Source: the human T2T-CHM13v2.0 reference genome, Homo sapiens. From it: DNA of 64,000 bases. A program made the position numbers and the translations under genes. The stretch is from assembly GCF_009914755.1 (NCBI RefSeq), contig NC_060926.1; one strand, written 5' to 3'. Numbering within the stretch: the stretch's first letter is position 1; each line of letters opens with the position of its first letter. The notes under the pieces were generated by a model. It did not search any database, was not told the DNA's origin, and saw only the letters and a program-made list of their open reading frames with translations. Below are positions 26,961 to 38,537 of the stretch, one piece after another.

Positions 26961-27219
26961 ATGAGGTCAGAACATGTGATTCATATTCATATTTATCATA
27001 GATTTACACATATATGATAATTTTCTGAAAGAGGGCAGTAGAAAGTCCTAAGGAATGGGTAATAAGGAATGAATCATTTTTTAAGTTAACTCAAAGTCAC
27101 CCCTGGAGATAATGAGGTGTCTTCATGTCTGGCAATCTTAGCCTATGCAAGTGGAGGAACCCGATGCCTGGCCATTGACTGTGTTAAATAACCGTTGTTA
27201 TTTCAGTGAAAAGTAAAGA

Positions 27220-27380
27220 TTATAACAAGCTGTTGTTAAGCACGTACGCTATGCCAGACGCTGTTCTAAGCACATCCCATGTGTGAACTTATTTAATCCT
27301 TACATCTTATTTAATCCATACATGAGGTGAAGATATAAATTGGTCCTTGTAGGGTCACACCACTGTGAATTCAGAATATT
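27220..27380 (-). mobile_element. MIR
   Basis: ctatgccagacgctgttctaagcac...ttatttaatcc. Confidence 0.65.
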
Positions 27381-28311
27381 CTGCTAGCTCTTCAACCCAG
27401 GCCCTCCATCTGGTCTGTGCAGCCTGCAAGGGCATAGGGGAGGCCCACTTCAAATATCAGCTCTTTTTTGAGCATATTCCCCAGTTCTCTTGTTCTCACA
27501 TCCTTTAACTCTCACAGAGCAGCGTGTGTTCGTTTATCATCCCCCTTACTTGACTATCCTGTTACTTTAGAACAGAGCCCTTGCCCTATCCTCAAGATAA
27601 GACTGCAAGTTCCAGAGGGCAGGAGTGATTCTGCCTAATACTCTCCAGAGCCCATATCAATGCCTTGCACAGAGGACACATGAAACACATTAAATCACAA
27701 TGACTCTGTTGTATGTTCCTGGTTTTCAGGAATTTGGCAGCTTGTGTCACATAAACAAAAGTCAGTGGATTTCCAGGCACCAGAGCTTTCCTCTCATAAC
27801 ACTTACCACCAGGGCATGATAAAAACTGTGCTCGTTCTGGGCCTGCCTACCCACCCACCCATTTACCCACCTTCCAGCCTATTGACACACCTGCTATATA
27901 TAACTCCACCCTACACCCTAGCAAGCGTACGTAAGTGCAACCATAGCCCATACCAAATGTAATCTTAATATACAATCATGCAAATTAAGTTATGGATTTC
28001 TAGTTGACACATGTTATTTTTGTAGATATTTGAAAAAACATTCAATTGTACTTACAGCTTTTAAAAATTTTGTGTTGTCAATAATTTGTTGTAGTTGTCT
28101 TAAATATTTTCCTGGGCCCTTAAAAGATCTATGCACTTAGTACTCCTCTTTATTGTATAAAGAATTAAGTTAGTTAAAACTCATATGTCTGTCCTTTCAT
28201 CTGGGTTATAAGCTTTGTGGGGAAGAAACATCTGTGTCTATGTCACTCCTAGAGTCCCCACACTGAGCAGAGTACCTGAAACATAGGAGGTGAACAATGA
28301 GTATTTCTAGG

Positions 28312-28413
28312 TGGAAGAAGAGAAAGGAAGAAAAAAAGGAAGGAAGGAAGGAAAAAAGGATGGAAGAAAGGAAGGAGAGAAGGGAAGAAAGAAGGAGGGG
28401 GGGAAGGAAGGAA
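28312..28413. repeat. Purine-only (GGAA)n / GA-rich tract
   Basis: About 100 bp of almost exclusively A and G. Confidence 0.9.
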
Positions 28414-28569
28414 TCCCTGTATCTTTAGAATTTATTTGAACGAGATGGGATTGAGTGATCAAAGAATGACATGGAAGAGGAGGTTCTCAATTTTTTTCTA
28501 TAGCATGACTTGAAAATTTTTAAGTGTAAGAATTATTAGTAAAAGTTTTATTTCTGTTGCAAATACTTG

Positions 28570-29469
28570 CATTCCAGGTACAATTGCTACTAACCTTCCC
28601 AAAACTTTTTTTATACCCATGGATTCTACAGATTAGAAGTTGGGCAAGGCACAGTGTGGATGGTGGATGGCTCACCTCTGCTCCATGACATCTGCAGCCC
28701 CAGATGGGAATAATAAAATGTTGGGAAGACATCTTTCCTCTTCTACCCCACTCTCCCACCAGAATCATCAGGAGGCATCTTTATTTCTATCTCATGATTA
28801 ATGGCAGCTGGGGCCTCAGCTGGGCTATCAGCTGGAACATCCCCCCCCCCACACAGTGTTCTCTTCTCATGGGCCAGTTTGAGCTTCCTCCCAGCATGAT
28901 GGGCTCCAGGTGAATAAGGCTAAAGTGTTAGCATTTTTATGACACAGTGCTATGGATTGAACATCTCTCCCAAAATTTCGTGTGTTGGAAACTTAATCTC
29001 TAAATCTCTAAATTTATATGTTGATGGTGTTTGGAAGTGGGGTTTTAAAGAGGCAATTAGAAATAGATAAGGTCATCAGGGCCCTCATGATGCAACTGGT
29101 GGCTTTATAAGAAGAGGAAGAAAGACCTTAGATAGCACATTTGCTTTTTTAGTGATTTGATGCCTCCTGCCGTGTCATGACAAAGCAGAAAGGTTCTCAC
29201 CAGATGCAGCCACCTGATCTTGGACTTTTCAGCCTCCAGAACTGTGAGTAAAATTACCTCTATTTTTTATAAATTACCCAGTCTCAGGTGTTCTATATGG
29301 CAACAGAAAATGGATTAAGACATTCAGCCTTGAAAGACACATGGCATCACTTCCACTATATGCTACTGACCAAGCCAGTTGCAAAGGTTGCTCAAGTCTA
29401 AGGGGAAGGGGGGACATGTGAAACAGGTCATATTGTTGAGGCCTCCTTGGAAAGCGTAATCTGCCATTA
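28570..29469 (-). mobile_element. Old MLT1 LTR interrupted by an MST LTR
   Basis: catggattctacag...ggctcacctctgctccatga...gagcttcctcccagcatg; resumes gcatcacttccac...aatctgcca. Confidence 0.7.
28948..29322 (+). mobile_element. MST (MSTC/D-like) LTR
   Basis: tgctatggattgaa...gatcttggacttttcagcctccagaactgtgag...aaattacccagtctcagg...ggattaagaca. Confidence 0.85.
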
Positions 29470-30509
29470 CTGGTTCACCCTGTAAAATGTGTTTCTTACT
29501 GTACTTTGTGGTCAAAAAAGTTTGAAAAATCTCTGCTCCTTATTGTGTATGTTGTGAATAACTATAATTATTGCATCATGCTGTTTTGATGAACATTTGT
29601 TTCTAATTTTTCTTAATTGCAAAATCAATGCTGCATTGAGCCTCCCTGTGTTTCTGTATGCACATGGAGCAGTTTCCTGGATGTCCATGCTTAAAACTCC
29701 AAGCCCTTTCCCTAGGGCTTGCTGAGGGGAAGATGGCCTGTGTGGTTGACAGTTTTTTTCTAATATTAAATATGTGTTACTGTATAAGAAATTCATTGTC
29801 AATATAATTGATTTCTATTTTGTACTAAAATGATACTGCAATTTCTTACTTTACTAGAAATTATTTGTAAATATAGCTTGGTTGTTTTCCCATTTTTGGA
29901 TTATAAATGATTCTGTTGCCACACTATATTTTTTGCTAGCCTGATTGCTACCTTAGGAGTTTCACGGAAAGCGAATAGATGGTTCAAAGGGGACCAAAAA
30001 CACTTTAAAGATTCCTGGTACATATTGCCAATCAATAGGATGCTATTTCAGCTAGACTGTGGAGATGAAACAAAACCTTTTGAAACCCCATTAGTGTGGT
30101 TATACTAAGTCCTCCTGAATATTATTAGAGAAAATTTAAAGTAGCACAAGGTAAGCAATTATCAGAAGAATAACTCCCAGTTAGTTCATAAGTCAGTTTC
30201 TGAACCACTTGGCACACCAGTGGGTGCATACAACCCTGTATACAGTTCATGCAGGGAGGCAGGGGGGTCTGTAGCATCACCCATCCTAACACATACATCT
30301 CAGGAGTTATTGTGAATTAGCAACAGTTCATTGGCCATGGATGTCCTGTGGGACATGCTGTGGGGAAGCCCATCCTGCAGGGGTGCCTGTAGCTAGTGCC
30401 AGTCATGGTTTATGACAGCAGAATAACTCATATACAATACCTGGCTTTGAGGTAGTGCCTTCCTCCTCAGTAAAATCTTGCAAAATTTGACTCTTTCTTG
30501 CTTACAGCA

Positions 30510-30870
30510 TCTGTTCAGTTCAGTTCAGCACTCAGTGTGTGCCAGCCCCTGTGCTGGAAATATAGTTGTAGACTGTTTTCTGGGTTCATTCCTGCGGAAG
30601 CTGGTCTAGAAGACAGAGAAAGATGGGTGAGCAAATGCTTAGAACGCAATAGGATAGTAATGATAAAGAGACATGCAAACTAATGCTGAATGGTTTCATC
30701 ACCCTGTGAATAAGAAGTTATAATAGAATAAGCTTCTTATGGTAAGTATAATGGTGGTGGAGGGACAGAATTTTCCCAGAGGAGCCAATGTTTAAACTGA
30801 ATCGTGAAAGATAAAGTATTTACTGATCAGACAAAAGAATGAAGGTGATTACAGGCAGAGACAATTTTCC
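30510..30870 (-). mobile_element. L2 fragment
   Basis: tgtgccagcccctgtgctgg...tttaaactgaatcgtgaaagataagt...caggcagag. Confidence 0.5.
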
Positions 30871-31789
30871 AACAAATGTACTTTGTAAATTAATTGGGAA
30901 ATGACCTGGCACTTATGAGGAACCCCCACCTGTTCCTTGGAGAAAAAGGAGCAGAAAGGTAGACCAGAACTCCAGGGCCGAGACCTTCCATCTATGTAGA
31001 AATACGAGTAAGTGACCACAGAGTAAACTATCTAGAGTTCTCACTCCAGAGTGTGGAATCATGATTTCTCAGCATAAAATTTGCTTCTTTCTCTGAAGTT
31101 CTTCCTCCAAGAGCACTTTTGTTAGATCTCTTGACTGATTCTACCATGTTTTGGCTATTGCTGGCAGGACTCTGACCCTATGTACTGGGGGAAAACAGGC
31201 CCATACACACTGTCCTTAGAGAAGTCAGGCCTAAAACTGCTTATTAAACACGAGATCCTGACCTTCTCTAACACACATCTTGGAACAGTTTTTCCTGATT
31301 TCCAGAGAGTCACCAAAGCCCTTTCTCTTTCCAAAGCCTTATATAAGCCAGCTTCAGCAGGCTCAGGTGGTCAGTGGGAGAGGCTAGACTGCAGCATGCT
31401 GGGTGCCATCTCTCTGGCTCCAGGAGCCATTGGACAGCTAGGGGGTTGTCCTTCCCCACTGAATAAATTACATCTGGGGCCCATTATTTTCCATAATTAT
31501 TGTAATATGACTTAATAAAACTAAATGCTTTATTTGCGTTGCTGCTTGACAGCAAGTTTCCTTAACAACACAACACCATTGTATCCCTACGGAAACAGCT
31601 GCACGAGGCAACAGAGCGATGACACATACTTGGAATTTTCTCGCTCTTGCAGTCCTGTTTCCCAATGACTCTCCTGTGAAAGGGCTAAAAGTGCTCTGCT
31701 GTAACAGGACGGCGGGCACCCCCACCTGCTCTCTGTACTCTCCAGCAAATACTAGAACGGCCCATTGTAGTAAAAACTAGGAGCAACTC

Positions 31790-31990
31790 TCTACTGAAGA
31801 CCTTCTAGGTGGCACCTATTGTGCGAAGCAATTTCTCTTTGATATTTCAGATCCTTTCTTCAACTCTGAGCAGTGGGCTTCATCTTGAAAATGAGAGATG
31901 AGAAACCGTGTCAGAAACTGTAAGAAAAATTGCACAAGATGACATTGTTAGGAAGAGGTGGCTGGATTTGTCTCACTCCAAAATCTGAAG
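31790..31990 (-). mobile_element. MIR
   Basis: caactctgagcagtggg...gagatgagaaaccg...tgcacaagatgac...ctccaaa. Confidence 0.5.
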
Positions 31991-32873
31991 TCTCAGGACT
32001 TGATACCTGCAGGAGGGAAGAAGCCAACTCAGGCCAGGGCTGAGAGTAGGTGGAGAATATGGAGTGTATCTCTGTATTTGCCTCTTCCCTACTCTCCTCC
32101 CCTCCCTGGGTGCTGAAAGAATCTCACCATAACATTCCCTGATTTCTTTGGGGGATCTAGAGTGTTATCAGTGGGCTCTTTACTTAATTTTTACTTTCAT
32201 GTCTAGATCTCTGTTCATGCTCTTCTTATACTTTACAACAAATCTCTCCTTTTTTGTCTTGAACTCTTATCTCCAGAATAGTGATGACACTGGTTCTAGG
32301 ACTTTCCCCTGCTCTATGTTTTTGGTAAGCAGCCTAGGATAAATTAACTCTGGTCCCTGGGGCTCTGTATGATGTTGAACTGTCTACCAGGGTGGATTCT
32401 TTTCTGTCTCACCTCTAAGAATAAATTCAGATGATGACAGGTAAGATAATTCCACTATTACCAACACAGGTGGAAGGGCTACCACCCCACTGCTTAAACA
32501 TGGTTGTCAACCCGTGGGACTAAGGAGGCCTTTGCAAGTCACAAAGGCATTCCATTCATGGAAGCAGGTCCATTCTCCTCATATCCACCTAAATGTAGGC
32601 AAAGAAAACAAAGTTCCTTGCCCCAAAATGCTTGCACATCCCGATGGCTTGATCATACGTGTGATTCCGATGTTATAAAATATTAAGCAAAAAAATTTAA
32701 ATGTTTTATTAACAATCCATTCCTATCACTATGAAAACCACCCTTAATTGAGCATTGTTCTGGAACTACTGTGTTTTTCCCAGCATTGCTTTTAAGCTGA
32801 AAAAGCCCTGCAAGTTTGTCTTATATAGAGGGCAATGTGAACTATTACAGTTACCCTCGAACACCTTTGACTT

Positions 32874-32905
32874 CCTGCCTGCCTGCCTGTCTGCCTACCT
32901 GCCTC
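32874..32905. repeat. (CCTG)n short tandem repeat
   Basis: cctgcctgcctgcctgtctgcctacctgcct. Confidence 0.85.
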
Positions 32906-34465
32906 CCTTTCTTACTAATTAAGGCTTTATAGCCAGAGCAGGTTCTGAAGTTACAGTTAGCAAGAAAGTTTTCATTCAATATAAAAGAAAGGTATGAACT
33001 ACTACTACTAATATAACATGGTAGGAACTGTCAGATCTCTTAGAAGCTGTGGAAAGTCAAAGAAGCACCATCCATCCCTTCCTGAATAGATGTGGTTCAG
33101 GGAACGTGACTTTAAAGGAGGTAGCATGTGATGGGCACCAGGATGAGCAGAAAGCCTTGAATGCCATTCCAGTTTATCTCTACAAAGCAGAGGGATCTTT
33201 ACATATTTGAAATATTAAAAAGATTTGGCCTTTCCAATATCAAGAATGACACAGATTTTGTAATGTTCCTACAAATATCCTAGACATTAAAAAGTGAGAA
33301 GAATTATGAGTGCATTTGATAACCTAGATTAAATAGCAAAATTCCTTGAAAAACACAAGTAATCATACATGACAAAGAATAGAAAACTCTAAGAGCTCCA
33401 TATTTCCTAAAGAAACTGAATTTATACTTCAAATCTTCCATAACAAACAAAACAAAACAAAATCTCTAGGCCCAGATGGTTTCACTGGTAAACTTCATCA
33501 AATATTTAAAGAATGTTTTTTAAAAAATCTAACAAAGTCACTCAAAGTAAATGAAGTGACAACTACTCACTTTATTTTATGACTACCATAACCCTGATAC
33601 CCAAACTTGGAAAATTACAATAAAGTAATATTGTATAAATACAGATGCAAAAAATTTTATTAAATTTAGTAATTCAAATCCAGAAATATACAAGAAATAT
33701 AATTCACCATAGTAACAGAATAAAAAATAAAAACCATATAATCATCTCAGTAGGTATTGAAGAAAATCTTTGACAAAAGTTAACTTCGTTTTGTGTAAGA
33801 ACTTTCACTAAACCATGAATAGAAGAAAACCATGGCAGTTTGTTAAGGGATGTCTATAAAAAATAACAATGAGCTACTGACTGCTTTTTCTGTAACATTG
33901 AGAACAAGACAAGATTATCCACTCTTTCTATTTCTATCCTCCATAGTACTGGAAATCCAAATTAGGATAATTGGCAGAAAAGAGAAATAAAAGACATGAA
34001 GACTTGGATAGGTGAATGTAAATCTGGCATTTTTGTGGATGACATGTTTACTTATATAGAAAATTCGAAAATTCTAATAGATCCACACAAAACTATTAAG
34101 TACTAAATGAATTTAACTATGTGTAGAATACAAGTCAATATATAAAAAATTTATTGAGGACTAGCAACAAATATTTGAAAAATTAGTTTTAAAGAGTCCA
34201 TTTTAATTTCATCAAAAATGCAAGATACTTAGGAATATATTTAACTAAATATGGGTAAGATTTTTACTTTGAAAATCTCAATCCATTGCTAAGTAAATAA
34301 ATAGGACAAATGCAGTGTTCATGAATTGAAGGACTCAATGGTGTTACGACATCACTTCTCTCCAAATTGTCCTGTAGATTAAATGAACTCCCAAAGTCCC
34401 ATCAGACATTTTTGTAGACATTGAGAAGTTGATTCTGAAGTTTATATGAAAATGCAAATAATCTA

Positions 34466-34511
34466 TTAGGTTGATGCAAAAGTAATTGCAGTTTTTGCTA
34501 TTAAAAGTAAT
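34466..34511. mobile_element. Half MADE1 (Hsmar1-derived MITE)
   Basis: ttaggttgatgcaaaagtaattgcagtttttgctattaaaagtaat: one terminal inverted repeat plus spacer, at a TA site. Confidence 0.85.
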
Positions 34512-34631
34512 AGACTAGCTAAAACCATCTTGAAAAAAGCAAAGTTGAAGGACTTGCGCTACTGGTTTCAAGATCACCTATACAACTAAAGTAATGAAGA
34601 CATTATGGTTTTGGAATAAGGATGTTGAAAA

Positions 34632-34976
34632 CAAGGATTGGCAAAATACTGCTGTGGGCAAAATAAAGCCGTTACTTGGTATCATACTGCCTGATATTCT
34701 ACAGAGATAAGAATATGTTTTATATTTTTAAAAGTTTGACAAAACCAAAATAATAATCGTATTTTATGGCACTCAAAAATTATGTGAAAGTTAAATTTGT
34801 GTCCACGAAGAAAGTTTTACTGGAACACAGCCATGCTCATTTGTTTATCTGTTTTCTATGACTGCTTTCCCACTATAAGAACATAGTTAAATATTTGAAT
34901 CACAGATCATTATGGACTGCAAGACCTAACATGATTACTCACATTGGCCCTTTATAGAAAAAAAATTCAATCCTTG
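34632..34976. mobile_element. MER58B hAT-Charlie DNA transposon
   Basis: caaggattggcaaa...aaagttttactggaacacagccatgctcatttgttta...tggccctttatagaaaa...ccttg. Confidence 0.85.
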
Positions 34977-36132
34977 CACAAATAGATCAAAAGAGCAGAA
35001 TACAGAGGCCCGAAGTAGGCCCATATATGTAGGATAAATGAGCTTTCAACAAAAGAGCCCAGAAAAGTGTTCTCAACAAATAGATCTGTAACTGGGTAAG
35101 TACACGGGAAAATCTGAACCTAGATACTACTTCACATCCTAATAGAGTTAGTTCGTGATAGAGCATAGATTTAACTTAAAAGCTACTAGAAGAAAACATA
35201 GAAGAATATATTTGTAACCTTGAGGTAAATAGGGACTCATTTTTGAGAAGACACAAAAACAGCCATAAGAGAACAAGATTGATAAATTGGATTTGTCATA
35301 ACGAAACCTAAAACCCAAGACAGGATGCCATTAAGAAAATTAAAAAGCAAGCCATAGAGTGGGAAAAAACATTCGCCATATAGTATCTGACAAAAGGCTT
35401 TGATCTGAAATATATAAAGAACTCCTGGGAGTCAATAATGAAATGAAACGAACCCAATTTAAAAAGTGGATACAAGACTTCTTTCTATAGCCACATCACG
35501 AAAGGAAATATATGATTAGCCAATAAATATAAGAAAATATGTTTGTGTTATGAATCATCCAGAAAATGCAAATTAAAACCACAATGGAATATTATTAAAC
35601 GTTCACTAGAAAGATTAACCTTAAAAACCCTGACAGCACTAAATGTCACTTTAGTGCTGTTTCTGAGGTTGTTTCTCAGGCTGTTTTTGAGGATATGGAA
35701 TAATGTTTCTGAGGATATGGAATAACTTGAACTTACATACCTTGGTATTAGGAATGTAAAATGACACAGCCTACTTGGAAAGTTGTTCCGTTTTCTCATA
35801 AAGTTACACATAAACCTATCTTAGGACCTAAGATTTTCACTCCTAGGTATTTACTCAAGATGCATACAAACATATTTTTACAAAAAGACTGAATAAGACT
35901 ATTCATAATAATTTTATTCCCAACAGCCAAGAGCTGTCTCAGAGTTTTTTGACAATCCAAATATTTGTCAAAATGACAATGATTACAAAAATTCAATATA
36001 AAAATTGAAATATATTTTCCAAAAAAAGGATGAATCATTGCTATATACAACAAGATGGATAAATTTCAAAAGTATTTTTGTTTGTAAAAAGCTAGGCAAT
36101 AGAGTGTATGTATTGCATGATTTCATTTAGAT

Positions 36133-36349
36133 CGGGGTGTCCAGTCTTTTGGCTTCCTTGGGCCGGATTGGAAGAAGAATTGTCTTGGGCCACACATAAA
36201 ATACTCTAACACTAACAATAGCTGATGAGCTAAAAAAATCATTTAAAAATCTCATCATGTTTTAAGAAAGTTTGTGAATTTGTGTTGGGCCACATTTAAA
36301 GCCATCCTGGGCCACATGAGGCCTACGGGCCACTGGTTGGACAAGCTTG
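36133..36349 (+). mobile_element. MER30 hAT-Charlie DNA transposon
   Basis: ggggtgtccagtcttttggcttcc...gggccacacataaaatac...ggttggacaagcttg; 8-bp TSD atttagat/attcacat. Confidence 0.9.
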
Positions 36350-36671
36350 ATTCACATAAAGTTATAGAACAGATAAAATTAGTCTATGGTGATAGAAATG
36401 AGAACAGTTACTACTTAGTGTAATGGAGATTGATAGAATGAGGGCGTGAGGGAATCTTGGCTTCAGACTTGTTTATGCTGTGGCTTTAAAGTGACAACTA
36501 AAAACTTAAATTTTATATGCCGAAATTATATTTTATTCACATATGTGTATTTATTTGAAGTGGATGAGATATTTAGTTATAGTCTTCAAAGATCTGTCAA
36601 TCTTCTGAAATAAGGCTACTCTCAAATTTGTTGTGCAAATTGGTACAATAAATATCAAAGTGGCAAACTCT

Positions 36672-37047
36672 AGTTACAGACAGAATTGTGTCCACCCCTC
36701 CTGCCCAATTCATATGATGAAGTTGCATTTTTCAATGTGATTGTATTTGGAGATATTAACCTAAAGAGGTAAGTAAGGTGAAGTGAGGTCATAGGGTGGG
36801 GTCCTAATCGGATAGGTCGATGTCTCTGAAAGAAGAGGAGGAGACACCAAGGAGGTGTCTCTCCATGCACATCCACAGAGTCATGGCCATAAGAGGACAC
36901 AGTGAAAAGGTGCCTTACCAGATGTCCATGCTGTTGGCACCCTGATCTTGGACTTTCAGCCGTCAGAACTGTGAGAAAATAAATTCATGCTGTTTAAGAA
37001 ACCCAGTTTGCAGTATTTTGTTATGGTATCCTGAGCTGACTAATATA
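36672..37047 (+). mobile_element. MLT1B-like LTR
   Basis: gaattgtgtcc...aatgtgattgtatttggagata...gaggacacagtga...ggcaccctgatcttggactttcagc...gactaatata. Confidence 0.85.
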
Positions 37048-37088
37048 AATCTGCTGAGAGTTGTTAAGGAAGGTATGATGCTCTAGAA

Positions 37089-37266
37089 TAGAGTTGGGCA
37101 GACTTTTTCTGTAAAGGGCTAGACAGTAAATATTTTAGGCTTTACAGACCATATAGTTTCTGTTGCAAATATGCAGCTCTTCTGTAGAGGGAAGAGTCAT
37201 GGACAATATATAAACAAATAGGAGGGTCTGCGTTCCAATAAAACTTTATTCATAAAAGGTAGATGT
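37089..37266. mobile_element. MER58A, truncated
   Basis: actttttctgtaaagggctagacagtaaatattttaggcttt...gttccaataaaactttatt. Confidence 0.85.
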
Positions 37267-37299
37267 CATTCTTCAAAGGGGACTATGAAAAAGAAAAAG

Positions 37300-38537
37300 T
37301 TGGTGCCTGCACCCATAGACATTCCCCACAACCCACTCTGACTCCACCGAGCACAGAGGACCAGCAGGTCCCTGGGAGTTGTGGGTCTCCTGGTCACCTA
37401 ACTATTGGCTTGGGCAACACCTAAGGGAGTGGACAGTGCAACCCGCAAGGGCCTGCGCTGGGGCTAAGGAAATGTGGGTGCAGTGCCAGTGATTAGAGGG
37501 GCCTCCTCCAAGGCTTGTGAATGAACTTGGTAAGGGGAGTTCATCTCTCACCACCTCCTCCATTTCCCGCTCCTCAGAGCACTGCTGTGAAAGCACTGAA
37601 ATACAAAACAGGTGCTAAGAGCCTAGTGCCATCTAGTGTGTCGCAGCCTGAATTACACCACGAAACAAAAATAAATTCCTCCAGCACGCATTGCTGGTGA
37701 AAACCAATGCAGGAAACTAGCCTCAACTAAGGAACCCATACAGAGCCTTGGTCCTCTGAAAGCACCCAGAAATGAAACCAAGTGACTATACGTAATATAC
37801 AGCACTGTCTATAAAAACAACACACCCTTCCAAATGACAGCAACTTCAAAAGGATAAAGAAACACCAGCCCTCTCAGTTGAGGAGGAACCAGTGCAGGAA
37901 CCCTTGCAATTCAGTAAGTCAGAGTGTCTCCTTACTTCCAAAGGATCGAACTAGCTCCCCAGCAATGGATCCTAACCAGACTTAGATGTCCAAAATGACA
38001 GACATAGAATTTAGAATCTGGATGACAAGGAAGCTCAATGAGATTCAAGAGAAAGTTAAAACCAATCCAAGGACCCCAGTAAAGTAATCCAAGAGTTGAA
38101 AGATGACATAGCCATTTTAAGAAAGAACCAAGCTGAACTTCTGGAATTGAAAAAATCACTACAGAAATTTCAAAATAAAATTGGAAGTCTTAACAACATA
38201 ATAGAGCAAACTGAAGAAAGAATTTCAGAGCTCAAAGTCCAGTCTTTCAAGTCAACCCAGACAAAAATAAAAAAAAAATTAAAAAAAATAAACAGAACTT
38301 CTGAGAAATATGGGATTATTTAAAGAGACCAAACCTATGACTCACTGGCATTTCTGAGAGAGAAGAAAAGATAGTAAGCAACTTGAAAAACATATTTGAG
38401 GCTATAGGCCATGAAAAATTCCCCAGTCTTGGTGGAGAGATCAACATGCAAACTCAAGAAATGCAGAGAACCCCTGCAAGATACAAGACAACCATCCCTA
38501 AGACACACAGTTATCAGACTTTCCAAGGTCAATGCCA
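37300..38537 (+). mobile_element. L1 (L1PB/old L1PA-like) 5' UTR and ORF1 N-terminal half
   Basis: ORF1-like text aatgacagacatagaatttagaatctggatg; ORF 38096-38323 is an L1 ORF1p coiled-coil remnant (LRKNQAELLELK...EERISEL). Confidence 0.9.

Larger units (their letters stand above)
33290..36480 (+). mobile_element. Old L1M element (decayed ORF2 to 3' UTR) with nested DNA transposons
   Basis: ggcccagatggtttcactggt, atagtactggaaatcc, gatgacatg (the ADDM region), gaaaatgcaaattaaaaccacaatg; many stops and indels. Confidence 0.9.

Noticed and set aside
37626-37639. CTCF-like gtgccatctagtgt; weaker matches near 14532 and 31803
   Set aside because: Core-only matches inside repeats, with no upstream module or CpG retention; not supportable from sequence alone.
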